Shown here in pieces: positions 28,284 to 36,796 of a DNA stretch of 64,000 bases. Numbering within the stretch: position 1 is the stretch's first letter; each line of letters starts with the position of its first letter. The notes beneath the pieces were generated by a model that was given only the letters and a program-made list of their open reading frames with translations, did not search any database and was not told the origin of the DNA. Source of the stretch: Rikenellaceae bacterium (lineage in GTDB: Bacteria; Bacteroidota; Bacteroidia; Bacteroidales; Rikenellaceae); contig SUZM01000011.1 in assembly GCA_015059965.1 (NCBI GenBank), forward strand, positions 13,640 to 77,639, read 5' to 3'. Position numbers and translations under genes: made by a program.

Positions 28284-28886
28284 TCATTTGAACGACCCTC
28301 CGAGTCGAATGCCGGGGTAGGTGTCGATCACCGACGAGGCGATCTTCACATAGTCGTGGTCGGCGAGCGAGGGGGCGGCAGCCTTCATCGTCGAGAGCAC
28401 ATGGTTGGCATCGAATACCAACTTGAGCACGCCGTTTTCGTACTCGGTTTGGCCGCTCAGGGTGGCTGTTTTCTCCTTCATCGAAACTCTCATCGTAATT
28501 TCGCCCGTTGAGGGGTTGTAGGTGTAGTTGCCCATGGCAACCACTCCGTTGATCTCGATGGTCAGCGTCTTGTTTGTCTTGAAGGTGACGCGGTCGCGGC
28601 CACTCTGGATGCCGGCTTTGGCCATGAGCCCCTCCATCTGCCCTTCGAGGGCGCTTACGGCCATCGTGGCCACGGGATCCGACCCCGTATAGTCGATTAC
28701 GGGCTCTGAAAAGAGCCAGGTCTTGGCCAACTCCGAGGCCTTGATATGCGTAGTCTCGGGGATTATCTCCTCGCTCTTCTTCGTGCTCATGCCGAAGAGG
28801 CTCTTGAGCATATCGGCCCACGATTGGGCCTGGCTATCGACCGACACACTGCTCAGCAGGAGCAGGACTAATAGAATCTTTTTCAT
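28284..28886 (-). CDS. secreted lipocalin-like protein (DUF4923-like)
   Basis: The ORF is 28284..28976. The internal start gives MKKILLVLLLLSSVSVDSQAQ (signal peptide). The family name is from memory only. Confidence 0.6.
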   Translation of the reverse strand: MKKILLVLLLLSSVSVDSQAQSWADMLKSLFGMSTKKSEEIIPETTHIKASELAKTWLFSEPVIDYTGSDPVATMAVSALEGQMEGLMAKAGIQSGRDRVTFKTNKTLTIEINGVVAMGNYTYNPSTGEITMRVSMKEKTATLSGQTEYENGVLKLVFDANHVLSTMKAAAPSLADHDYVKIASSVIDTYPGIRLGGSFK

Positions 28887-28909
28887 CTGTATTGGGTGCT
28901 TTTTTTGTG

Positions 28910-30832
28910 TTACTTTTTCAGGGTCTCGATCTCGGCGAGCCAGAGGGCTGCTGAGCCGTCGGAGGGCATGCGCCAATCGCCGCGGGGCGAGAGGCTTACG
29001 GAGCCCACCTTGGGGCCGTCGGGCATGGCCGAGCGTTTGAACTGCTGGGAGAAGAAGCGTCGGAAGAAGACCTCCATCCAGTGCAGGATCACCTCGCGCG
29101 GGTAGCGCTCGCCAAAGGCCTGCTCGGCCAGGAAGAGGAGCTTGCGGGGTGAGGCTCCGCGGCGGATGAAGTGGTAGAGCATGAAGTCGTGCAACTCGTA
29201 GGGACCCACCAGGTCTTCGGTCTTCTGTGCAATCTCGCCCTTCTCGTCGGCCGGCAGCAACTCGGGGCTCACGGGCGTATCGACAATGTCGAGGAGAGTC
29301 TTCTCGGCCTCACCGCCCAGTGTCTCGGCAGCCGTGCGTACCAGGTGGCGCACCAGGGTCTTGGGGATCGAGGCGTTCACGCCGTACATCGACATTTGGT
29401 CGCCGTTGTAGGTGGCCCAGCCTAAGGCCAGCTCGCTCAGGTCGCCCGTGCCGATCACTAAACCGCCCACCTTGTTGGCGTAGTCCATCAGGATCTGCGT
29501 GCGCTCGCGTGCCTGCGAATTTTCGTAGGTGGCCGAGCGGTCTGCCGGGTCAAGGGCGATATCTGCAAAGTGTTGTTGCACGGCCTTGGCAATCGGAATC
29601 TCGATCTGCGTGATGCCCAGTTGCTCCATCAGCGCCAGGGCATTGCGGTAGGTGCGGTCTGTGGTTCCGAAACCCGGCATGGTGATGCCGTAGATCCCCT
29701 TTCGGTCGAGGCCCAGCTTGTCGAAGGCTTTGACCACAACCAGCAGGGCCAGCGTGGAGTCCAGACCTCCCGAGATGCCCAGAACCACCGACCGGCAGCG
29801 CGTGTGGCTCAGACGCTTAACCAGGCCCATGGCCTGAATCTGAAAAATCTCTTCGCAGCGGGTGTGGCGCTGCTCGTCGTCTGCGGGGACGAAGGGGTGC
29901 GGGTCGATCGTGCGCGCGAAGTCGCTCGCCCGGGGGGTGAGGTCGCATGCACAGAGGCGGAAACCCTCCTGCGGAGTGTGTGCGGCAAAGGTGTTGGTGC
30001 GGGAGCGTTCGGTCTCGATCCGCTCCACGTCGATCTCGCCCACCAGAAGCTGCTCCTCGAGCGAGAAGCGCTCGCTGCGGGCGACCCATTCGCCCTGATC
30101 CGCAATGAGGATGTTGCCTCCGAAGACTAAGTCGGTCGAAGATTCGCCGAAGCCGGACGAGACGTAGAGGTAGCCGGCCCGAAGCCGTGCCGACTGTCCT
30201 GCAACGAGCGAGAGCAGGTAGGAGTGCTTGCCCACCACCTCGGGTGATGCCGAGAGGTTTATAATCAGGCGGGCTCCCGCTTGCGACAGGGCTGCCGAGG
30301 GGGGTGCCGGTACCCAAAGATCCTCGCAGATCTCGATGCCGCACTCCACGCCGTTGATCCCCAGCATCACATCACATCCGAAGGGAACCTCCTCGCCGCA
30401 GAGCTCGATGAGGCTGCCGCGCACCTCGGCTCCCGAGGCAAACCAGCGCTCTTCGTAGAACTCGCCGTAGTTGGGCAGGTGGCTCTTGGGCACAACGCCC
30501 AGGAGCTCCCCTTGTGCAAAGGCGGCAGCGCAGTTGTAGCGTCGTCCGCCCGCCACTACAGGCAGGCCGACCACTGCCACAATGGGGCAGTCGGCCGTTT
30601 GGCGCATCACTTGCTTGAGGGCCTCCTCGGCACCCCGCATCAGCTCGGGCTGCAGAAAGAGGTCTCCGCAGGTGTACCCCGTGAGCGAGAGTTCGGGGAA
30701 GACCACCAGCTCTGCACCACGTTCGGCCGCACGGCGGATCAGTCCGATGTGGCGCTCGGCATTGAGGGCGCAGTCGGCCACCCCAACCGAGGGGATGGCG
30801 CCTGCGACCTTGAAATATCCGTAGGGGTTCAT
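28910..30832 (-). CDS. nadE: glutamine-dependent NAD+ synthetase
   Basis: 640 aa with an N-terminal CN-hydrolase domain ([16 protein letters not shown]) and a C-terminal NAD synthase P-loop ([14 protein letters not shown]). Confidence 0.93.
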   Translation of the reverse strand: MNPYGYFKVAGAIPSVGVADCALNAERHIGLIRRAAERGAELVVFPELSLTGYTCGDLFLQPELMRGAEEALKQVMRQTADCPIVAVVGLPVVAGGRRYNCAAAFAQGELLGVVPKSHLPNYGEFYEERWFASGAEVRGSLIELCGEEVPFGCDVMLGINGVECGIEICEDLWVPAPPSAALSQAGARLIINLSASPEVVGKHSYLLSLVAGQSARLRAGYLYVSSGFGESSTDLVFGGNILIADQGEWVARSERFSLEEQLLVGEIDVERIETERSRTNTFAAHTPQEGFRLCACDLTPRASDFARTIDPHPFVPADDEQRHTRCEEIFQIQAMGLVKRLSHTRCRSVVLGISGGLDSTLALLVVVKAFDKLGLDRKGIYGITMPGFGTTDRTYRNALALMEQLGITQIEIPIAKAVQQHFADIALDPADRSATYENSQARERTQILMDYANKVGGLVIGTGDLSELALGWATYNGDQMSMYGVNASIPKTLVRHLVRTAAETLGGEAEKTLLDIVDTPVSPELLPADEKGEIAQKTEDLVGPYELHDFMLYHFIRRGASPRKLLFLAEQAFGERYPREVILHWMEVFFRRFFSQQFKRSAMPDGPKVGSVSLSPRGDWRMPSDGSAALWLAEIETLKK

Positions 30833-30842
30833 TGCCGTAAGA

Positions 30843-32057
30843 TTATTTGGCCCAGAGGGTTGCTAAATTGAGGATCACCTGCTGAGCCTTCTGCATGGTG
30901 GTCAGCGAACAGTACTCAAACTTGCCGTGGAAGTTCATGCCGCCCGTGAAGAGGTTTGGACACGGCAGACCCATGAACGAGAGACGAGCGCCATCCGTAC
31001 CACCACGAATGGGCTTCACGATGGGCTCGACACCCACCATGCGCATGGCCTCCTTGGCCTTGTCGATCACCTGGGGGTGCGGCTCCACCATCTTGCGCAT
31101 ATTGAAGTACTGATCCTTGATCTGGAGCGAGACGATGCCGGCCGAATATTTGTGGTTCAGGTGCTCCACGCAGGCCACCATAAACTGCTTCTTCTTCTCG
31201 AAGAGCTCCATGTCGTGGTCGCGGATGATGTACTGCAGGTCGGCCTCCTCGACCGTTCCTTTGAATCCTACGCAGTGGAAGAATCCCTCGTAGCCCTCGG
31301 TGAACTGCGGGCGCTCCGTGGCGGGGAGCAGTTGGTTCAGCTCACAGGCGATATCGATGGCGTTGAGCATCTTGCCCTTGGCGACACCCGGGTGTACGTT
31401 GCGTCCCTGGATGTGAATCTTGGCTCCGGCGGCGTTGAAGTTTTCGTACTCCAGCTCGCCCTCGAAGCCGCCGTCCATCGTGTAGGCGAAGTCGGCACCG
31501 AACTTCTCGACGTTGAAGTAATCGACACCGCGGCCGATCTCCTCATCGGGCGTAAAGCCGATGCGGATCTTGCCGTGTTCAACTTCGGGGTGGGTCATCA
31601 GATACTCGGCGGCTGTCATGATCTCGGCTACGCCGGCCTTGTCGTCGGCACCCAAGAGGGTCGTACCGTCGGTGTGAATGAGCGTGTGGCCCTTGAAGAA
31701 CGAGAGCTCCGGGAAGTCCGAAACCTTCATCGTCAGCTGACCGTTCAGCACCAGGTCGCCACCGTCGTACTCCTCCACAATGCGGGGCTTGACATCCTTG
31801 CCGCTCATGTCGGGAGCCGTGTCCACATGGGCGATGAAGCCGATCACGGGGGCATTCTCCTTGCCCTTCGTAGCCGGAATCGTACCCATCACATAGCCGT
31901 ATTCGTCCATCGTTACCTCGGTCATTCCGAGACTCTCCATCTCCTCCTTGAGGTAGCTTAAAAGAACCTTCTGCTTCTCGGTCGAGGGGAAGGTTTCGCT
32001 GTTCTCGTCCGACTGCGTATCGAACGATACATATTTCAAAAATCTATCCAGTAACAT
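30843..32057 (-). CDS. pepT: peptidase T (tripeptide aminopeptidase)
   Basis: 404 aa M20B protein: MLLDRFLKYVSFDTQSDENS, HVDTAPD, GADDKAGVAEIM. Confidence 0.93.
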   Translation of the reverse strand: MLLDRFLKYVSFDTQSDENSETFPSTEKQKVLLSYLKEEMESLGMTEVTMDEYGYVMGTIPATKGKENAPVIGFIAHVDTAPDMSGKDVKPRIVEEYDGGDLVLNGQLTMKVSDFPELSFFKGHTLIHTDGTTLLGADDKAGVAEIMTAAEYLMTHPEVEHGKIRIGFTPDEEIGRGVDYFNVEKFGADFAYTMDGGFEGELEYENFNAAGAKIHIQGRNVHPGVAKGKMLNAIDIACELNQLLPATERPQFTEGYEGFFHCVGFKGTVEEADLQYIIRDHDMELFEKKKQFMVACVEHLNHKYSAGIVSLQIKDQYFNMRKMVEPHPQVIDKAKEAMRMVGVEPIVKPIRGGTDGARLSFMGLPCPNLFTGGMNFHGKFEYCSLTTMQKAQQVILNLATLWAK

Positions 32058-32066
32058 ATTTTTAAA

Positions 32067-32089
32067 TTTTATGCGGCATCTTTTGCCCC
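32067..32089 (+). repeat. TTTTATGCGGCATCTTTTGCCCC box (copy 2), 9 nt outside the pepT start codon
   Basis: Sequence identity to the boxes at 5551 and 56301. Confidence 0.65.
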
Positions 32090-32215
32090 TTCTCGCCTGT
32101 TCCGGCTGGGCAGTTAGAGCCGTAGGTTTTTTGTGGGAGTTCTGGGAATTTTAGGAGATATGGGAGGTATGGGATAGTTTTACAACTCCCAAAATCCTAT
32201 ATCTCCTACAATTCC

Positions 32216-32275
32216 CATTGCTCATTACCCATTGCTCATTACTCATTGCTCATTGCTCATTGCTCATTGCTCATT
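32216..32275. repeat. 7-nt tandem array (GCTCATT/ACTCATT/ACCCATT x8), copy E, 8 nt from the OPT transporter stop
   Basis: CATTGCTCATTACCCATTGCTCATTACTCATTGCTCATTGCTCATTGCTCATTGCTCATT. A separate imperfect palindrome (TGGGAATTTTAGGAGATAT...ATATCTCCTACAATTCCCA) lies just to its left. Confidence 0.85.
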
Positions 32276-32283
32276 TGGGAGCC

Positions 32284-34299
32284 TTACTCCTCCTTCTTGG
32301 CCTTCAACGTGTGGCAGATGAAGTAGCCGATCAGGCAGAGGTAGGCAGCGACACCGCACCACTCGGCGGCATTCGACGAGGCCCACTCCGCAAGGCGCCA
32401 ATCCACGCCGGCGAACTTCAGCACGGCACTTACCACACCCATCAGGGCGCCACCGGCAATGAAGCCCGAGGCAATCAGCGTACCCCGATCCGTGCGAGCC
32501 TTGTTGAGCTCCTGATCCTTCGAACGGCTCGAGACGAACCACGAAACCAGACCGCCGACAACCAGCGGGGCGTTCAGGTGCATCGGGATGAACATACCCA
32601 GGGCAAAGGCCAGGGCGGGGATGCCGATAGCGGTGAGGACCAGCGCCAGACCGGCACCAATGAAGTAGAGGGCCCAGGGGGTCTGGCCTCCCGTCATCAG
32701 GGGCTGAATTACAGCTGCCATGGCGTTGGCCTGCGGAGCCACCAGAGCATCGGGGTTGTTGGCCGTGTCAAAGCCGTAGGCGGCATTCAGCACCAGGATC
32801 ACACCGGCTACCGTGGCGGCCGAAACGACCGTGCCGAGGAATTTCCACCCCTCCTGCTTGCGAGGCGTGGTGCCGAGCCAGTAGCCGATCTTGAGGTCCG
32901 TGATGAAGCCTCCGGCCATCGAGAGGGCGGTGCAGACCACGCCACCGATGATCAGGGCAGCCGTCATGCCGCTCTTACCCGTCAGACCCACGCTTACCAG
33001 CACGAGCGACGAGAGGATGAGGGTCATGAGTGTCATACCCGATACGGGGTTCGAGCCCACGATGGCGATGGCGTTGGCTGCTACGGTGGTGAAGAGGAAG
33101 GCGATCACGAAGACGATCAGAATGGCCACAATCGACTGACCCCAGTTGTTCAGCACACCGAATTGGAAGAAGAGGAAGGTCGTCAGCAGGGTGGCGCAGA
33201 GGATCGTGAGGATCAGCTTCATGGTCAGGTCACGCTGCGTGCGCTCCTCCTTTTGGGTCGAAGAACCCTTCTTGCCTCCGAGCTCCGTTACGGCCAGTCC
33301 GATGGCCGACTTGATGATGCCGGCCTGGCGCACGATGCCGATCAGACCGGCCATGGCGATACCGCCGATACCGATCGGGCGACCGATATACTGGTAGAGG
33401 TTCTCGGGGGTGAAGATCTGCGACGGGTTCTCAAGGATGTGGTTGGCCGTAACGCCCAGCGAAGCGACCAGAGCCGAAGGATCCATCGACTCGGCGAGCG
33501 AGCCCACCAACGGAACGATGAAGAACCAGACGAGGCACGAGCCGGCCGTAATGATCACGGCATACTTCAGACCGATGATGTAGCCCAGACCCAGCACGGC
33601 GGCCGAGGTGTTCAGACCGAAGACCACCTTGTGTTTCTCGGCCAAGGCCACGCCCCATTGCGAGATGCGCGTGGAGATTGAGTCGGTCCAGAAACCGAAC
33701 GTGCCGACCACAAAGTCGTAAAGACCACCCACCAGACCGGCTACGGCGAGCAGCTTGGCCTGGTTGCCGCCCTTCTCACCCGACACGAGGACCTCGGTCG
33801 TAGCCGTAGCCTCGGGGAAGGGGTACTTGCCGTGCATCTCCTTGACGAAGTACTTGCGGAAGGGGATCATCAGCACGATACCCAGCACACCGCCCAGCAG
33901 CGACGAGAGGAAGACCTGGTAGAATTGTGCCTCGAGGCCCAAGATGTAGAGGGCCGGGAGGGTGAAGATGGCGCCGGCCACGATCACGCCCGACGAGGCG
34001 CCGATCGACTGAATGATCACATTCTGGCCCAACATGTTCTTTTTGCCCAGGATCGAGCCCACGCCCACGGCGATGATGGCGATCGGAATGGCGGCCTCGA
34101 AGACTTGTCCCACTTTCAGGCCGAGGAAGGCGGCTGCGGCCGAGAAAATTACGGCCATCAGAAGACCCATACCCACCGAGTAGGGGGTAACCTCTGCGGG
34201 GGTAACTTCAGCAGGCATCATGGGTTTGTACTCCTCACCGGCCTTAAGCTCGCGATAAGCATTTTCGGGCAGTGAGTTTTGCATCTTTTGTGTTTCCAT
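32284..34299 (-). CDS. OPT-family oligopeptide transporter
   Basis: The ORF is 32284..34356. The first ATG sits 2 nt after the TAGCTTTG -7 box, so METQKMQN (34299) is the more likely start. It is polytopic, with OPT-type glycine-rich TM segments. Confidence 0.88.
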   Translation of the reverse strand: METQKMQNSLPENAYRELKAGEEYKPMMPAEVTPAEVTPYSVGMGLLMAVIFSAAAAFLGLKVGQVFEAAIPIAIIAVGVGSILGKKNMLGQNVIIQSIGASSGVIVAGAIFTLPALYILGLEAQFYQVFLSSLLGGVLGIVLMIPFRKYFVKEMHGKYPFPEATATTEVLVSGEKGGNQAKLLAVAGLVGGLYDFVVGTFGFWTDSISTRISQWGVALAEKHKVVFGLNTSAAVLGLGYIIGLKYAVIITAGSCLVWFFIVPLVGSLAESMDPSALVASLGVTANHILENPSQIFTPENLYQYIGRPIGIGGIAMAGLIGIVRQAGIIKSAIGLAVTELGGKKGSSTQKEERTQRDLTMKLILTILCATLLTTFLFFQFGVLNNWGQSIVAILIVFVIAFLFTTVAANAIAIVGSNPVSGMTLMTLILSSLVLVSVGLTGKSGMTAALIIGGVVCTALSMAGGFITDLKIGYWLGTTPRKQEGWKFLGTVVSAATVAGVILVLNAAYGFDTANNPDALVAPQANAMAAVIQPLMTGGQTPWALYFIGAGLALVLTAIGIPALAFALGMFIPMHLNAPLVVGGLVSWFVSSRSKDQELNKARTDRGTLIASGFIAGGALMGVVSAVLKFAGVDWRLAEWASSNAAEWCGVAAYLCLIGYFICHTLKAKKEE

Positions 34300-34357
34300 T
34301 GATTTATAGTTTTTTATTGGTTTTGTCGTTTTTAGTCGAGTCTGCTCATAAATCATA

Positions 34358-34365
34358 CAAAGCTA
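34358..34365 (-). promoter_or_regulatory. -7 box TAGCTTTG for the OPT transporter/pepT transcription unit
   Basis: The plus strand reads CAAAGCTA, directly downstream of the terminator hairpin at 34374-34423. Confidence 0.6.
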
Positions 34366-34373
34366 ATAAAAAA

Positions 34374-34423
34374 AACGGAAACACACAAGTTGTTGGGCGT
34401 TTTGCCCCTTGTGTTGTTCCGTT
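34374..34423 (-). terminator. intrinsic terminator after the S46 peptidase gene
   Basis: AACGGAAACACACAAG - loop - CTTGTGTTGTTCCGTT, flanked by A8 and T8 runs. Confidence 0.85.
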
Positions 34424-34483
34424 TTTTTTCTTTTGCCCCCTTTATAGGGCTTTTGGTGCACGTCTTGCGTGCTTGGGTGCCGG

Positions 34484-36772
34484 TCAGCGCTTGTCGAATT
34501 GCAGCTCCTCGAGCAGGTAACCGGCATCGGCCCACTTCTCGATCACCCACATCACATAGCGGATATCCACAGCCACCGTGCGCGAGAGATCGGGGTGGAA
34601 CCACAGATCGCCCGACATGGATTCGCGGTTGCCGTCGAAGGCCAGGCCGATCAGCTCACCGCGACCGTTGAGCATCGGTGAGCCCGAGTTGCCACCCGTG
34701 ATATCGTTGTTCGTGATCAGGTTCACCTTCAGCTCACCCTTGTCGCCCCAGCGGCCCCAGTCGCGGTTGCGGATCAGCTCCTTCATGCGCTGATCAACCA
34801 CATAGTCGTAGTTCTCGGGGTTCTCTTTCTCCAGGTATCCGCGAATTGTGGAGTGGGAGGCGTAGCGAATACCGTCCACCGGAGAGATCGGCTGCACCGT
34901 TCCGTAGGTCAGGCGCATGGTGGAGTTGGCGTTCGGATATTGGGGAACACCCATTGCCTCGCGGTAGCGGTATTGCAGATCGCGATATTGCTCCTCGAGC
35001 TCGATCACGCGTACGCCCACCTGCTTTTCAGCCTGGGCGATGGCGGCGGCGATGGGTGCGTACTCTACCGACAGAGCGAGGGCTACGAGCGGGTCGTCGA
35101 GGATCTCGCGAACGGAGCGATCCTCGAGCAGGAAGTCGCGGTAGGGTTCGGCCTGGCGGCAGAATGAGCCGTCGAACGAGCTCTCGGCCACCTGACGGGC
35201 ATCCCCGCCGGCCTTACGCATCTGCGAACGCAGGTAGTCGCCCCAGTAGATTTCGGGAACCTCGCGGGTGAAGGTGATGAAACTCTTGACGAAGAGTTCG
35301 CGATCGGTGGCCTCTTCGTAGTTGCGTTCCAGGTGGTTCGAGGCATTCATCAGAGTAGCCCACGACTTGGCCTGCGAGATCGGGCCGCGTCCATGTCGGC
35401 CGCGTCCTTTGCCCTTGCCGTGTCCCTTGCCGTGTCCTTTTCCTCGGGGGCGGGATGAGCCGAGCAACTTCTCCTGCTGCTCTTCATCGGGGCAGTAGAG
35501 CGTGTCGCACTTGTCGTGTTCGAGGCGCTTGGCCAGTGAGGCCACGCGGTTGGCTGCGATCAGGGCCTGGCTCGGCATGAACCACGACTCTTGGTACCAG
35601 GTGCGGTCTGCAATGGCCTTGCGGCGAGCCTCATAGCCCCGTTTCAGGTCGCTGAGCAGGTTGCCGTATTCGGCCTTGCGTGCGGGATCGGCCTCGATCC
35701 ATTGTTGGATCTTGGCCTCCTCGAGGGTGCGGATCTGGCAGACGTGGTAGCGCTTGAGACACTTCTGCTCCCAGCGTACATAGTCGGCGTAGTTGCTCAG
35801 ATTGAAGTAGCCGTCCGAGTAGGCCAGACGCACCAGCGAGTCGGCCTCCATGTGGCGGCGAATGATCTCCATGCGGTTGTGGCGGCACTGCTCGATAATG
35901 GGGTTCTTGAGCTCCTTCTCGCTCACGGCCATCGACGAGCCGTAGCGATGGGTGATGCCCGGGAAACCGATCACCATGGCAAAGTCGCCCTCCTCGACTC
36001 CGCGTGTGGAGATCGGGAGTACGCGGCGGGGCTTGATCGGGCGATTCTCGGTCGAGTAGGCGGCGGGGCGTCCCTCGCTGTTGCCATAGATGCGGTAGAG
36101 GGCAAAGTCGCCCTTGTGCTGCGGCCAGCTCCAATTGTCGGTCTCACCGCCGAATGAGCCGATGCGGGCGGGAGGTGCTCCCACCAGGCGCACATCGGTG
36201 TAGACCTCATATTGCAGCATCAGGAAGAGGCGGCCGTCCCACATCTCGGCGCACCACGACTCGAGCCCCTTGCGGCGGTGGCGGCGCTCCATCTCACTCA
36301 CCAGCTTGCGCGGACCCATGATGCCCCATCTGCCGACAGCCTTCAGCGAGTCGCGGTAGTGGTTGGCCTCTGCCGTGATCTCCTCGATGCCTCGCAGGAA
36401 CATCACCTTCTTCCCCTCGACGGGGAGCTCCTCTCCTTGATTCCGGGCCCAGAAGCCGTCGAAGAGGATGTTGCGCTCGGGGGTCGAGAGCTTGCAGATG
36501 TCGCCGTAGGCCACATGGTGGTTGGTGATCATCAGCCCCTGGTCGGAGATCATACTGCCCGTACCCATACCGCCGTCGATCATCACCACGGCATCGGCCA
36601 GGGCGTTGCCCGACTCCGAGTCGTAGAGTTGATCGGGCTTCAGGCGAAGGCCCTCGGCCTTCATTTCGGGGTAGATCTTCTCGAGCAGGTGGATCAGCCA
36701 CATGCCCTCATCGGCGCTCACCGTACCGCTCATGAGCAGTACGGCGAGCAGCGTGATAATGTATCGTTTCAT
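34484..36772 (-). CDS. S46-family dipeptidyl-peptidase (DPP7/DPP11-like)
   Basis: 762 aa. The signal peptide is followed by DEGMWL, typical of S46. The C-terminus has TGGNSGSPMLNGRGELIGLAFDGN (catalytic Ser). It carries a Gly/Lys/His/Arg-rich insert. Confidence 0.9.
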   Translation of the reverse strand: MKRYIITLLAVLLMSGTVSADEGMWLIHLLEKIYPEMKAEGLRLKPDQLYDSESGNALADAVVMIDGGMGTGSMISDQGLMITNHHVAYGDICKLSTPERNILFDGFWARNQGEELPVEGKKVMFLRGIEEITAEANHYRDSLKAVGRWGIMGPRKLVSEMERRHRRKGLESWCAEMWDGRLFLMLQYEVYTDVRLVGAPPARIGSFGGETDNWSWPQHKGDFALYRIYGNSEGRPAAYSTENRPIKPRRVLPISTRGVEEGDFAMVIGFPGITHRYGSSMAVSEKELKNPIIEQCRHNRMEIIRRHMEADSLVRLAYSDGYFNLSNYADYVRWEQKCLKRYHVCQIRTLEEAKIQQWIEADPARKAEYGNLLSDLKRGYEARRKAIADRTWYQESWFMPSQALIAANRVASLAKRLEHDKCDTLYCPDEEQQEKLLGSSRPRGKGHGKGHGKGKGRGRHGRGPISQAKSWATLMNASNHLERNYEEATDRELFVKSFITFTREVPEIYWGDYLRSQMRKAGGDARQVAESSFDGSFCRQAEPYRDFLLEDRSVREILDDPLVALALSVEYAPIAAAIAQAEKQVGVRVIELEEQYRDLQYRYREAMGVPQYPNANSTMRLTYGTVQPISPVDGIRYASHSTIRGYLEKENPENYDYVVDQRMKELIRNRDWGRWGDKGELKVNLITNNDITGGNSGSPMLNGRGELIGLAFDGNRESMSGDLWFHPDLSRTVAVDIRYVMWVIEKWADAGYLLEELQFDKR

Positions 36773-36796
36773 CTTGTGAAGTGCTTCGACGAAGGG

